A stretch of DNA of 62,755 bases, the filler included. It is 8 parts of 8 records of this genome, joined end to end, with 100 filler letters (N's around TTAATTAATTAA, not from the genome) between each part and the next. Parts side by side here need not be neighbours in the genome. Positions count along the whole stretch, not along the records: positions 1 to 17,359 come from SRR20825006_1793; 7 more parts are not named here. One strand, given 5' to 3'. The position numbers and the translations under genes were made by a program. The notes below the pieces were generated by a model. It ran no database searches. It saw only the letters and a program-made list of their open reading frames with translations, and was not told the DNA's origin. This document shows, piece after piece, positions 1 through 10,123 of the stretch. The first letter of the stretch is position 1, and the number at the start of each line of letters is the position of its first letter.

Positions 1-1242
1 CAGGTGTTTGGACGCCATCACGTCATAGGCGCCGCCGTAGGCCTTGCGGGTAATGATGGTGATTTTTGGCACGGTAGCTTCACCGTAGGCAAACAACAGC
101 TTGGCGCCGTGTTTGATAATGCCGCCATATTCCTGTGCTGTGCCGGGCAGGAAGCCGGGCACGTCAACAAGCGTGATGATCGGGATATTGAAACAGTCAC
201 AGAAACGCACGAACCGCGCCGCTTTTTTGGAGCTGTCGATATCAAGGCAACCTGCCAGCACCATGGGCTGGTTAGCCACAATACCAACTGTCTGGCCGTC
301 CATGCGGGCCATGCCGATGATGATATTGCCGGCGTGCCGGGGCTGAAGCTCAAAAAAGTCGCCTTCGTCCACCATCTTTTCAATCACCTCATGCATGTCA
401 TAAGGTTTGTTGGCGTTCGATGGGATAACATTATCGAGCGACATTTCAATGCGCTCAGGCTTGTCATACGTGGGGCGAACCGGTGGTTTTTCACGGTTGT
501 TGAGCGGCAGAAAATCATAAAAACGACGGAGCTGCGCCAGCGCTTCCACGTCGTTATCAAAAGCTTTGTCTGCGACACCGGATTTGGTGGTGTGGGTGGA
601 TGCCCCGCCAAGCTCTTCCTGTGTGACCACCTCGTTTGTCACGGTTTTCACCACGTCGGGGCCGGTCACAAACATGTATGAGCTGTCCTGCACCATGAAA
701 ATAAAGTCTGTCATTGCCGGGCTATAAACCGCACCGCCCGCGCATGGCCCCATGATCATGGAAATTTGCGGTACAACGCCGGACGCCAGAACGTTTTTCT
801 GGAACACATCGGCATAACCGCCAAGGGCTGCAACGCCTTCCTGAATACGGGCACCGCCGCTATCGTTGAGGCCGATAACCGGCGCGCCAACCTTCATGGC
901 CATGTCCATGACCTTGATAATTTTCTGTGCGTGGGTTGCAGAGAGTGAACCGCCGAACACGGTAAAATCCTGGCTGAACACATAAACAAGGCGACCACTG
1001 ATGGTGCCGGAGCCGGTGACGACACCGTCGCCCGCGAACTTGTTGTCGCTCATGCCAAAGTCGGTGCAGCGGTGCTCAACGAAGGTGTCATATTCTTCAA
1101 AGCTGCCTTCATCCAGCAGCAGGTCGATACGTTCACGCGCTGTCAGCTTGCCGCGTGCATGCTGTGCATCAATGCGGGCCTGCCCGCCGCCCAGGTGCGC
1201 TTCTTGGCGCTTCACCTCAAGGCGTTCCAGGATTTCTTTCAT
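1..1242 (-). CDS. pccB: Propionyl/acyl-CoA carboxylase carboxyltransferase beta subunit (3' end runs off window)
   Basis: Manual translation from ATG 1242: [50 protein letters not shown] ... [18 protein letters not shown] at base 1. Absent from the ORF track because no stop lies in the window. Confidence 0.93.
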   Translation of the reverse strand, partial: MKEILERLEVKRQEAHLGGGQARIDAQHARGKLTARERIDLLLDEGSFEEYDTFVEHRCTDFGMSDNKFAGDGVVTGSGTISGRLVYVFSQDFTVFGGSLSATHAQKIIKVMDMAMKVGAPVIGLNDSGGARIQEGVAALGGYADVFQKNVLASGVVPQISMIMGPCAGGAVYSPAMTDFIFMVQDSSYMFVTGPDVVKTVTNEVVTQEELGGASTHTTKSGVADKAFDNDVEALAQLRRFYDFLPLNNREKPPVRPTYDKPERIEMSLDNVIPSNANKPYDMHEVIEKMVDEGDFFELQPRHAGNIIIGMARMDGQTVGIVANQPMVLAGCLDIDSSKKAARFVRFCDCFNIPIITLVDVPGFLPGTAQEYGGIIKHGAKLLFAYGEATVPKITIITRKAYGGAYDVMASKHL

Positions 1243-1342
1243 CGTTTCCCTTCCCTCTGACTGCGGGCCCTTTGGTTCTATAAACCTTGACCCTCACCCA
1301 TAGCCAAAATCGTTCTTATCTTCTTGATGCCGTGCTTTCCAG

Positions 1343-2041
1343 CTATTTATTTCGCAGGTGCGAAATAAACTCAGCAGTGAAAGTCAGGTCTGCATGCTGA
1401 ATAGCGCGCTTTTCCGCCACTTCGTCATCCAGGCCCCAATGTTCTTCCTGATGTGTGGCATCTAGGATGCTGGCCTGCCATACCGCTTCAAGCGGGCTGA
1501 AACCTTCCATATAGGCGAGTGCAAGCACTAGAGAGCCGAGACCGTTGGTCAAACTGTGCAGCGCGGTCAGTTCAAAAGCATCATGCGCGGCCACGCGATC
1601 TTTTAGCCGTTCAAGGGCTTTCTCCTCCTGCGCAACAGGGATAATGCCATTTGTGACACGCAGACTGGCCCCCAGTTCTGTTGCCGCCCATCCCAGATAC
1701 GGGTTCCACACCCGGTCCTGCAGCGCCATAAGGTCCGCCGGTTCATTCGTGCGGTAACAAAGGAGATCCGTGCCGCCAAAAGCCGCAACCTCAGTGACCA
1801 CGTCATTGTGGCGCGGCATCACGCGGTCGAGCGCCGTGCTGGCGAGGCGTGTTTGCGGCATAGTGTCTGGCTTGATTTTCTCGTCCTGCGCATCCCATTC
1901 CACCGCTACGGCATCAGCCAAAGCTTTGGTTGGCAGGACAAGAGACGCTTTCGCCGGTGTTTTCACCATACGGCCATCAAGGGTAACAACGTGGCCAGTG
2001 TCAGCCGCTTCCACGCCAACGGATTGATAGAATTTTCTCAT
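1343..2041 (-). CDS. ATP12 family chaperone
   Basis: MRKFY...VTLDGRMVKTPAKASL...AVEWDAQ...GTDLLCYR...QEEHWGLDDE motifs. Confidence 0.9.
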   Translation of the reverse strand: MRKFYQSVGVEAADTGHVVTLDGRMVKTPAKASLVLPTKALADAVAVEWDAQDEKIKPDTMPQTRLASTALDRVMPRHNDVVTEVAAFGGTDLLCYRTNEPADLMALQDRVWNPYLGWAATELGASLRVTNGIIPVAQEEKALERLKDRVAAHDAFELTALHSLTNGLGSLVLALAYMEGFSPLEAVWQASILDATHQEEHWGLDDEVAEKRAIQHADLTFTAEFISHLRNK

Positions 2042-2044
2042 GAC

Positions 2045-2521
2045 CTAGCTTTTGTCTTCTTCTGATTTTTCTGATTGTTTGGTGGCCTTTTCGGCCTGCA
2101 TCTGGCGGGTCACTTCCGCGAGCTTGCGTCGTGAATACCGCGCTTCCTTGCGGCGGGTGTTCATGCGTTTCTCGGCGGCACCCGTTTCAACATGGAAGCT
2201 GCCGGTGTAGCTCATACTTGATTTTTCGCCCTTGGAAGGCTTCTTGAGCATCATGTCAAAACCCAAGAGCCGGTTGCCAAGCCGCGGCACCCGGTAACAA
2301 AGCAACAGACACATGGCGATCATGATCTCAAGGCCCAGCACAATGGCGTAACCAAGCGCACCTTCGCCCCTGGGGCCCACAATCACATCTTCGCTCAGGT
2401 AGGTCAGCACAGCCGCTGCGCAAAGCACACCAGATGCCCATACGAAACCAACCCGCGGCCGGATTGCCTCCCTGTCAAGCTCGCTGCCTTGTTGTTTTTT
2501 AACCATGATCTTCCTTACCAC
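2045..2521 (-). CDS. Hypothetical membrane protein (2 TM helices, basic C-terminus)
   Basis: 158-aa ORF packed between HAD and ATP12; two hydrophobic segments. Confidence 0.65.
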   Translation of the reverse strand: MVRKIMVKKQQGSELDREAIRPRVGFVWASGVLCAAAVLTYLSEDVIVGPRGEGALGYAIVLGLEIMIAMCLLLCYRVPRLGNRLLGFDMMLKKPSKGEKSSMSYTGSFHVETGAAEKRMNTRRKEARYSRRKLAEVTRQMQAEKATKQSEKSEEDKS

Positions 2522-2542
2522 ATCTGGACCATATATCCCGCG

Positions 2543-3226
2543 TTATGCCGCAGCCCCAAGCACAGTCTTTACATAAGCGGGGATATCCAGAAAGCTCGAA
2601 ACCACTGTTCCCGCGCCCGACGCCTTCAACTCATGTGACGGATGGTATCCCCAATCAACGCCAAGGCCGTGCGTACCAGCGTTTTTCGCCATCATCATAT
2701 CAAATGTTGTATCGCCGATCATCATGGCAGCATCAGCGCTGCTACCAGCCTCTGCCACCGCCGTATGGATCATGGATGGGTGCGGTTTGGAGGGATGACT
2801 ATCAGCGGTTTGCAGGGTCACAAACAGATGCCCCAAATCATGCTCTTCAAGCACACGGTTAAGGCCGCGCACGCTGTTGCCCGTTGCCACACCCAGCAGG
2901 TACCCTTCTGCATTCAACTGCTCAAGCACATCACGCGTGCCGGGGTATAAGGGGTCCGGCCCTGCCGCCTCTTCAACCCGCAGGCGGTAAAAGGCTTTTT
3001 TGTATACCTCGGCGAGGCGGTTATGCTCCGCCGATGCAATGTCAGGCAGCAGCTCAGCAATGGCTTCCACAAGGTTCAAGCCCACAATGCGGCGCACAGC
3101 AAGGTCATCCACCGGTGCCATTTCCGCAATCCGGAAGGTTTCATGCATGGCGCCAACGATCATATGCTGGCTGTCAACCAGCGTGCCGTCGCAGTCGAAG
3201 ATAACGAGTTTTATAGTGTTGCTCAT
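2543..3226 (-). CDS. HAD-IA hydrolase (phosphoglycolate phosphatase-like)
   Basis: FDCDGTLVDS motif I, KPHP, MIGDTTFDM. Confidence 0.92.
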   Translation of the reverse strand: MSNTIKLVIFDCDGTLVDSQHMIVGAMHETFRIAEMAPVDDLAVRRIVGLNLVEAIAELLPDIASAEHNRLAEVYKKAFYRLRVEEAAGPDPLYPGTRDVLEQLNAEGYLLGVATGNSVRGLNRVLEEHDLGHLFVTLQTADSHPSKPHPSMIHTAVAEAGSSADAAMMIGDTTFDMMMAKNAGTHGLGVDWGYHPSHELKASGAGTVVSSFLDIPAYVKTVLGAAA

Positions 3227-4092
3227 TAAGAAATAATATCCCAGCTGTGCTGAAGTTTCTCTTCTAGCGTTGCCATTTTTTCTAGTAGCTTCCGCTTCTC
3301 ACGTGACAGCTCATGAGCCATGAATTCATAGCACCCTTGCTTAAGCACTACTTGGCGCAACGCATCATCTTCAATTTCTTTCATACCACCCGCAGCGCTT
3401 ATCTTTTCAAGCCATACTTTGGACTCGGCAGCCCTTTTTTCAATCGACATGTGTCCCCGGCCAGGTGAATCCAGATGGACGGTTGTCAACTTCGGAATGC
3501 TCAAAAATCGGAGGCCAGGCGCTTTGAACCATTGTCGCCACATATGAAGGTCCGCCCAGCTTTCCGGGGGAGGCGCAACAGACCATCCCAGCGGCAGCCG
3601 CTTGTAAGCCTCCTTGGTGTGCCCCACGCAGGTTGGGCCGAAAAAATTATAGTGCTTATCAAGCAAAACCTCCCGGCAAAAAGTACTGCTAATATCACCG
3701 GGAAAGATTTCCAACTTGCCTGTAGGGTATACACAGCCATGCAAGGTATGGCAGAAATCACTCTGTTCTAGTCCTTCTGTCAAAACAGCAAGATGGCTCT
3801 CGTGCCAGAGGTCGTCATCACTGAGGTAAGCGATATATTTTCCGTCAGCTGCCAAAACGGCCTTATGGCGGTTCAGCTCACCCTTGTGTTCACCTTTGGG
3901 GTTATCGAGAAATCGTATCCTGCTGTCCTGTTCGCAGAATTCAGCCATAATTTCCCGCGTGCGATCTGGCACACCATCACCCGAAACGATGATCTCAAAG
4001 TCCTGCACGCTCTGACGCTGTGCGCTTTTGAGTGCCCAAACAATGGTGTCGCAGTGATTATAAGTTGGAATAATTACAGAAAACAAAGGCAC
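3226..4092 (-). CDS. Glycosyltransferase family 2
   Basis: FSVIIPTYN, DG, YLSDDD (DxD); stop overlaps HAD start. Confidence 0.9.
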   Translation of the reverse strand: MPLFSVIIPTYNHCDTIVWALKSAQRQSVQDFEIIVSGDGVPDRTREIMAEFCEQDSRIRFLDNPKGEHKGELNRHKAVLAADGKYIAYLSDDDLWHESHLAVLTEGLEQSDFCHTLHGCVYPTGKLEIFPGDISSTFCREVLLDKHYNFFGPTCVGHTKEAYKRLPLGWSVAPPPESWADLHMWRQWFKAPGLRFLSIPKLTTVHLDSPGRGHMSIEKRAAESKVWLEKISAAGGMKEIEDDALRQVVLKQGCYEFMAHELSREKRKLLEKMATLEEKLQHSWDIIS

Positions 4093-4299
4093 CTATCGCT
4101 CCTCTACAAGCGATGCAAATCCCAAACATTCGTCGCAACGGCAGGGGTTTGATCACTGATTTTATTGCAGCAGTTCATTGCTGTTACATGCAGTATGCCA
4201 AACAAGCAGTTCAAATCCCCATAGTGTCATAGCGCACTTGTACAACCGCGCGCCTCTGAACCACATCCGACGGAGGTATTTCGTTGGATTTCATGCCAC

Positions 4300-5130
4300 T
4301 TATATACTTTGTCCTGTCAGTTTCACGAGCTTTTCATACAACGCCCGAAAATGATACATTCCAGCTTTGTAGCACCCATGGTCCAGCGTGACCTGTCGCA
4401 GTGCTTCCATCTCCAATTTCGCGAAATGGTCATCGTCACGGATAATACCGAGCCAGTATTTGGACTCTTCAGCACGCTCTGCAATCGACATATCCTCCCT
4501 ACCCGGCGAATCGATATGAATGCTGGTCACAAATGGAAGAGACTTGAACCTCAAATGTTCCTGTGAAAGCCATTTGCGCCACATGAAAAGATCTGACCAG
4601 ATACCTTTAGGCGTGGGACCCCACTGTTCAGCCAGAGAAAGATAGCTACTCTTACGGTACCCGGCAGTTGTAAAACCGATAAAATTGAACTTCATATTGA
4701 GCAGAACACTTTTGCCGAGCTGTGAAGCAATATTTCCTGGCTGTATCACTAAGCCTCGTCGCGGCAAAACGACGCTCGACAGCGTGTTACAAAAATCAGC
4801 GTCCTCTAGGCCTGTAGCCAATACCTCAAGGTGCCGCTTTTGCCATACATCATCGTCCCCCAGGCCCGCGATATACTCCGCCTTCGAGGCCATCACGGCT
4901 GCATGGCGCTGCGTCTCGCCTTTACCCGCATCCTTGGGGTTGTCCAAAAATCGTATCCGCGTATCTTCCGCGCATAGCTTGGTCATAATGTCGCGAGTGC
5001 GGTCAGGCACTCCATCGCCCGCAACTATAATCTCAAAGTCCTGAACCGTTTGCTCCTGAACACTTTTGATGGCCCACAGGATGGTGTCGCAGTGGTTATA
5101 GGTGGGAATTATAACGGAAAACAAAGGCAT
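4300..5130 (-). CDS. Glycosyltransferase family 2 (tandem paralog of 3226-4092)
   Basis: MPLFSVIIPTYNHCDTI start matches paralog; GLGDDD. Start placed at ATG 5130 by homology. Confidence 0.88.
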   Translation of the reverse strand: MPLFSVIIPTYNHCDTILWAIKSVQEQTVQDFEIIVAGDGVPDRTRDIMTKLCAEDTRIRFLDNPKDAGKGETQRHAAVMASKAEYIAGLGDDDVWQKRHLEVLATGLEDADFCNTLSSVVLPRRGLVIQPGNIASQLGKSVLLNMKFNFIGFTTAGYRKSSYLSLAEQWGPTPKGIWSDLFMWRKWLSQEHLRFKSLPFVTSIHIDSPGREDMSIAERAEESKYWLGIIRDDDHFAKLEMEALRQVTLDHGCYKAGMYHFRALYEKLVKLTGQSI

Positions 5131-5176
5131 CGGGATATTATCCTTATCGCGTATCAACCTGCCAGTGTAACAGGGT

Positions 5177-6100
5177 TCAGCCTTCTGTATCGAACGCGAG
5201 CCGACGCATCTCCGTCAGGCATTGCATCATGGTCATTTCATCCTCAACCAAAGATCCAACTGCTGCCCCCGTCTCCACATGCGCAATAAACGCTTTAATT
5301 TCCCTTAGTAGCGGAAACTCGGTCGAAATCGGTATTGACGTTATCTCGTCGGACGGTTTGCCCTCTTTCAAAGCCCTAACCTCAAGCTGGTCTGAAAGCG
5401 GATCAGGCAAACTCACCACTGCTTGATCAAAATAAGCAATGACATGTCGCTGTGTTTCGGGGAAAATATCGGAAATACTGAGTGTTACGCTAGGTTCGGG
5501 CCCAAGAAAAGCGGTGAGCTCATGTATATCATTACCACGTATCTGGGCTTGTACAGCCTTCACATCTGGTAGATCATCAATGATATGGTAGGCGATTGAA
5601 ACATCGTGCGGCATCAATATCCAGAAGGCATCGACATCATCGTGAGGCTGCTTCCACTGCACACGATTGGTCGTCAGGCGGTGCAGCTTGCCATAGGTTC
5701 CCTCTTGGTTAAGAGTGCGGAGCATCTGGATGCCGGGATGATAGCGCCATTTGTGCATCACAAAAACCCGCTCGCCCATCAGAGCCTGTATCTCAAGCGC
5801 ATGCACGCGATCCGGCACCATTGGCTTTTCAATAAAAATGGGTTTACCGGTAGGCGCAAGCCGCTTCAGCATGTCAAAATGGCGGTCCGTTTGAACAGCC
5901 ACTACATACCCGTCCAAAGCATCAGGAAACTCTGTGTATTCAGCAAACGCCGCCTTTGCCCCTATATCAAGTGCATAGATGCGGCCACTTTCTCCGTGCT
6001 CGGCAACATAAACGTCGCAGCCACATACCAATAAGTCTCGCAGTATATTTCGCCCCCAGCGCCCGCAGCCAATCAGCCCTATTTTAGTTTTACCCGTCAT
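5177..6100 (-). CDS. Gfo/Idh/MocA family oxidoreductase
   Basis: IGLIGCGRWG Rossmann motif, FIEKP, LMPHD. Confidence 0.88.
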   Translation of the reverse strand: MTGKTKIGLIGCGRWGRNILRDLLVCGCDVYVAEHGESGRIYALDIGAKAAFAEYTEFPDALDGYVVAVQTDRHFDMLKRLAPTGKPIFIEKPMVPDRVHALEIQALMGERVFVMHKWRYHPGIQMLRTLNQEGTYGKLHRLTTNRVQWKQPHDDVDAFWILMPHDVSIAYHIIDDLPDVKAVQAQIRGNDIHELTAFLGPEPSVTLSISDIFPETQRHVIAYFDQAVVSLPDPLSDQLEVRALKEGKPSDEITSIPISTEFPLLREIKAFIAHVETGAAVGSLVEDEMTMMQCLTEMRRLAFDTEG

Positions 6101-6645
6101 GCTGTCACTCCGTTACGCGCCAAATAGTCGTCAAAGGCTTGCTGCATTTCCTCAAGCGTTCCTGCCTTCTGGTCGCGCGTTGACAACAGACGTTCTTCGC
6201 CAGGCCACTCTATCCCAAGCGCAGGGTCATCTGGGTGGCAGCCCAATTCATCTTCCATCGAGAAGTAAGACGACAGGCCATAAAGCGTTATGCTTGGCTT
6301 GGTAAAATAAAAACCGTGCGCAACGCCCACGGGGACATGCGCAGCCTGATTTACCTCAGGCGCCAGCCTTACGAGACAAGACTGCTTAAAAGTGCTGGAG
6401 GACCGCCGCATATCATAGAGCGCCAGCCACATTTCACCTTCAACAACATAAAGATAGTCAAGCCGTGTGGTGTGGACATGCACACCCCGCAAAGTTCCAG
6501 CGTTTGAATGCACCACGTTCCATTGCACGCGTTCGTCGCCGTCTGTCCATTCTCTGCGATAGACTTCCATCACCGTACCACGCTCGTCACCGTGCGCGAC
6601 AAGCGGCAATAGTCGGCAGCCTTCAGGTAACTTAACATCACTCAC
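6097..6645 (-). CDS. dTDP-4-dehydrorhamnose 3,5-epimerase family (RmlC-like cupin)
   Basis: GDERG, GTLRGVH, DMRRSSSTF, VPVGVAHGF, DDPALGIEWP. Confidence 0.88.
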   Translation of the reverse strand: MSDVKLPEGCRLLPLVAHGDERGTVMEVYRREWTDGDERVQWNVVHSNAGTLRGVHVHTTRLDYLYVVEGEMWLALYDMRRSSSTFKQSCLVRLAPEVNQAAHVPVGVAHGFYFTKPSITLYGLSSYFSMEDELGCHPDDPALGIEWPGEERLLSTRDQKAGTLEEMQQAFDDYLARNGVTA

Positions 6646-6674
6646 TTATGTGTCCCCCAGTAAAACTATACGTG

Positions 6675-7670
6675 TTATTCACCATCGATCAGCGGGTCTT
6701 CATATTCAGATATATCAAAACCGAGCATTTCAAAACTCGCAGCCATATGGGCCGACAGCGGCGCTGATACTGTCATTCGGCCACCAGACGGATGCGGGAA
6801 GCTCACAGACTGGCTGTGCAGGTGCAGCTTTTTCGAGATTGAGCCTGATAGAAAGGCTTCAGCCCCACCATATTTTCCGTCTCCCACAATCGGGTGGCCC
6901 ATTTCAGCACAGTGCAGGCGCAACTGGTGGGTGCGGCCTGTGTGCGGCTTCAACGCAAACCACGCAGCCTCAGCACTGGCATTGTCCACTACCACATAAT
7001 CCGTGAGCGAGTGTTGGCCGTCAGACGACACCACCATGCGCTCGTTCCCCTTGATAGGAGCTTTACTCATTTTCAGGATGATACGGCCATCACGCTGTTT
7101 GGGGCAACCAATCACCAGCGCCCAGTAACGTTTATCCGTCTCTTTGGTCTTGAAAGCATTCGCCAACGCCGCAGCAGCGTTTGGTGTACGGCCAAGCAGC
7201 AGCACGCCAGAAGTGTCCTTATCCAGCCGGTGCACAAGGCGCGGCCGGTGGTGGCTGCCAAACCGCAGCGCATCCAACATGCCGTCCAGATGTTTGGTTT
7301 GACCCGTACCGCCCTGCGTTGGCAGGCCTGCAGGTTTGTTGATCGCAATCACGTCATCATCGCGGTACAGCACCCAGGACTGCACTTCCTTGATTTCCGC
7401 GTCGCTCATAAGACGCTTCGGCTCCCGCTTGGGTGCCGTATAGTCAGCGTCCGCAGCATCAGCGTCATCAATCGGTGGCACGCGGATCATCTGGCCGGGC
7501 TCAATACGTTCGTCACCCTTCACGCGTTTGCCATCCAGTCGCACTTCACCTTTGCGCATCATCTTCTGCATGCGGCCAAAGCTCAGGCCGGGATAATGCC
7601 GCTTGAACCAGCGATCAATGCGAATACCCGCGTCATCTTTGTGAACAGGAACTGTTTTTACACCACTCAT
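6675..7670 (-). CDS. RluA/RluC family 23S rRNA pseudouridine synthase with S4 domain
   Basis: RIDRWF, NKPAGLPTQG, VHRLDKDTSG, TGRTHQLR. Start at ATG 7670 overlaps the crcB stop. Confidence 0.93.
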   Translation of the reverse strand: MSGVKTVPVHKDDAGIRIDRWFKRHYPGLSFGRMQKMMRKGEVRLDGKRVKGDERIEPGQMIRVPPIDDADAADADYTAPKREPKRLMSDAEIKEVQSWVLYRDDDVIAINKPAGLPTQGGTGQTKHLDGMLDALRFGSHHRPRLVHRLDKDTSGVLLLGRTPNAAAALANAFKTKETDKRYWALVIGCPKQRDGRIILKMSKAPIKGNERMVVSSDGQHSLTDYVVVDNASAEAAWFALKPHTGRTHQLRLHCAEMGHPIVGDGKYGGAEAFLSGSISKKLHLHSQSVSFPHPSGGRMTVSAPLSAHMAASFEMLGFDISEYEDPLIDGE

Positions 7671-8044
7671 ATCATCACCCGTCCGAGCCAAATGCCTATA
7701 AAAAGTGCCGCCAAACCCAGCAGCATGGAACCGAAAGCATACGTAGCAGCGCCCGTCCAATCTCCGCGCTCGATCAGCAAAGCCATCTCAAGCGAATAGG
7801 TGGAGAAAGTGGTAAAGCTGCCGAGAAGGCCAACGGTAAGAAAACCGCGAAGTTCCTGACTGGTTTCAAACTTGAGGGCAAATGCCGTAATCAGGAACCC
7901 CATAAACAAGCTTCCTGCCACATTGACCACAAAAGTGCCATAAGGAAAGCTTGAGCCAAGGGCGCGAAATACATAGCCCGCCACAAAATGACGGCTTAAT
8001 GCCCCTATGGCTCCCCCCGCAGCTATCGCCACCAGCATCTGCAT
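7667..8044 (-). CDS. crcB: Fluoride channel Fluc/CrcB
   Basis: GGAIGALSR, FPYGTFVVN, GLLGSFTTFSTY. Confidence 0.95.
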   Translation of the reverse strand: MQMLVAIAAGGAIGALSRHFVAGYVFRALGSSFPYGTFVVNVAGSLFMGFLITAFALKFETSQELRGFLTVGLLGSFTTFSTYSLEMALLIERGDWTGAATYAFGSMLLGLAALFIGIWLGRVMI

Positions 8045-8059
8045 TGCTTCAACGGTCCT

Positions 8060-8944
8060 TTATTGTTCAATACCGAATATCCAGCCTTCGGTGCGGCGCA
8101 CCTTAGCCGAGAGCGACAGCGGATTCCAGTATTTGCGCTCCCCGGCGATTAACCGCAGCGCAGCGGCAGTCACACATGCGTCAGCAACATGATCGTTAAA
8201 GTCAAGCCCCAGGCGCGGCAAACGCGAAGTCTGCAAATTCAGCAGTATGGATTTCAGCGTGTGGACATCGCGAATTTTTCCCCGATGGCCACCCATAGCC
8301 GCAAAAAGCGCGGCGTAGATTTCCACAATCACAACGGAGGCTTCGGTGCAGTCGTCAAAAGGCCAGATCGCGATGTGGGAGTGGGCTTTGATATGGTGCA
8401 ACATCGCCATGGTGGACAAGCCTGAAAGCCCCACCTGGCTTGGCCCCACCAGATGAAACACACTTTCACAAGGGCCCGCCCCTGTTGCCACAGCGAGGTC
8501 CTCCGCCGTACGCATACGCCGTCGGTAACGAGCACCGCGTTCAGCACCTCGCAGATAGTGGGAACGATTCCACTCAACAAAAGCACCAGCGTAAAAGTCT
8601 TCTGCCTCTGGCGCGTGGTCTGCTACCGCGCGCCACAGCGCCGCCACATCATCGCCGCACCTTGAACCATCATTTCCTGCCGGGAAATAAGACCCCTCAT
8701 CGATAAAAGGCATACCGAAGGACGAATCGATGCCCACGAGCACCCGCTCCCCTACCCGCCGCCCCATACCGGTTGTGAGCCAGAATGCAAGTTCAACACG
8801 GCTCCAGCGGCGCGCGCCGGATGGCGGCATTATACGCACAGGCGCGCCTTGCCCCACCTCACAGCGAGCAACAGCCAAGCCGCTGTGGCGCCTACCCTTA
8901 GCGCCTGTCCAGTCGATCCCGATAAACTGAGTGAAACCTTGCAT
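8060..8944 (-). CDS. Putative RNase H-like fold protein (DUF429-like)
   Basis: FIGIDWTGA, VGIDSSFG, IVEIY, DHVADA, EGWIFG acidic motifs. Confidence 0.6.
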   Translation of the reverse strand: MQGFTQFIGIDWTGAKGRRHSGLAVARCEVGQGAPVRIMPPSGARRWSRVELAFWLTTGMGRRVGERVLVGIDSSFGMPFIDEGSYFPAGNDGSRCGDDVAALWRAVADHAPEAEDFYAGAFVEWNRSHYLRGAERGARYRRRMRTAEDLAVATGAGPCESVFHLVGPSQVGLSGLSTMAMLHHIKAHSHIAIWPFDDCTEASVVIVEIYAALFAAMGGHRGKIRDVHTLKSILLNLQTSRLPRLGLDFNDHVADACVTAAALRLIAGERKYWNPLSLSAKVRRTEGWIFGIEQ

Positions 8945-9016
8945 GCCGCGCCTAACTGAACTGCCAAGGTGTCATTGTCTGGCGTTATCAGCATCCGTCA
9001 AGCAAAGCATGTAAAG

Positions 9017-9583
9017 TTAGGTCCCTGCCGCCTTCAAATCAGCCGACAGGCGCCGCAGCAAGGCTGTTGGCCCCGCTGAAAAATCACCAATGGCATTGGG
9101 CGCGCGCGCCTGCGCCACCACATGAAGCGCATGATATAATCTGGCGAGGCTCACCGCATCATCATGCCCCAAATCATAAGCATCATCCAGAAGCGAGGCG
9201 AGGAAGGCTTCACGGCGATCATCTGCCCCGCGCACAACCGCCAAAATGGCGGCATGGCTTACCGCCAGCGCCCTGACCCCGGCCTCGAGGTCATAATCGA
9301 TAACGTTTGTAAGCCGCACTAGTGTTTCGAGGCGCGCTTCCGGCGTCGTGTCAGCGGCCACGTTTGCGGCAATATCGTCCGTCTGTGTTTTTCGCCAAGC
9401 GTCTGCAAGCGCAAGCAGAAAGCCGTCAATTGTGCCGAAGTGATGATAGAAGGAGCCCTTGGTGCGCTTTGCTGCGGCGCAAAGCCCCTCAACGGTCATC
9501 GCTGGTGGGCCATATTTTCGCAATATATCGGCCCCAAATTGAAGCCAATCCTCCTTTGCCCACCTTGAATTCTTCGCCGCCAC
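9017..9583 (-). CDS. TetR/AcrR family regulator
   Basis: HTH TVEGLCAAAKRTKGSFYHHF. Confidence 0.9.
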   Translation of the reverse strand: MAAKNSRWAKEDWLQFGADILRKYGPPAMTVEGLCAAAKRTKGSFYHHFGTIDGFLLALADAWRKTQTDDIAANVAADTTPEARLETLVRLTNVIDYDLEAGVRALAVSHAAILAVVRGADDRREAFLASLLDDAYDLGHDDAVSLARLYHALHVVAQARAPNAIGDFSAGPTALLRRLSADLKAAGT

Positions 9584-9610
9584 ACCATCATCTCACTTCA
9601 TTTCATTGAA

Positions 9611-9633
9611 ACATACCATACCGTATGGTATGT
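9611..9633. promoter_or_regulatory. Perfect palindrome, probable TetR operator
   Basis: ACATACCATAC-C-GTATGGTATGT between divergent tetR and yciI-like genes. Confidence 0.75.
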
Positions 9634-9688
9634 ACGATTCGAAATCAAGACAACACCGCGCTCTCATTCATAAAGAAGGTGCATTTCA

Positions 9689-10123
9689 ATGAAGATACTT
9701 ACTGCAATTGCTCTCCTCGGCATCGCCTTTGTTGGAACAAGTGCTACCTCCAGCGACAAGATGGAAACCATGGCAACAGAAACAGCAACGACCCAAGAGG
9801 ACACCAACACAGTATATGCGGCGATCTATCGTCCCGGTCCCGCATGGCTCAAGGGCAAAAGCATGGCAGAGCAAAACCTTCGCCCACATGGGCTTTACAT
9901 CAAACAGCTGCGGGACACCGGCGTGTTGGTTGCGGGCGGTCCACTCATTGAAAACGATGGCGGCCTTGCTGTCTTTCGGGTTGCATCACTTGAAGACGCA
10001 CGTGCGATTTTGGCATCCGACCCCGCTATCAATAGCGGTATCTTTGAAGCTGACGTCCAGTCGTGGATGATTGCCTTTGCTGAGCGCGCCTTCCCTGTGA
10101 AAGCGCTTTATCCGCAGGAATAG
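9689..10123 (+). CDS. YciI-family protein with signal peptide
   Basis: N-terminal signal; H..YI, AGGP, GGLAVF, DPAI..G. Confidence 0.8.
   Translation: MKILTAIALLGIAFVGTSATSSDKMETMATETATTQEDTNTVYAAIYRPGPAWLKGKSMAEQNLRPHGLYIKQLRDTGVLVAGGPLIENDGGLAVFRVASLEDARAILASDPAINSGIFEADVQSWMIAFAERAFPVKALYPQE

Noticed and set aside
4-681. Plus-strand 225-aa ORF and other long antisense ORFs (6894-7799, 39288-40547, 45047-46102, 56140-57033, 61130-62011)
   Set aside because: Shadow frames opposite well-recognised genes in GC-rich DNA; no motifs.
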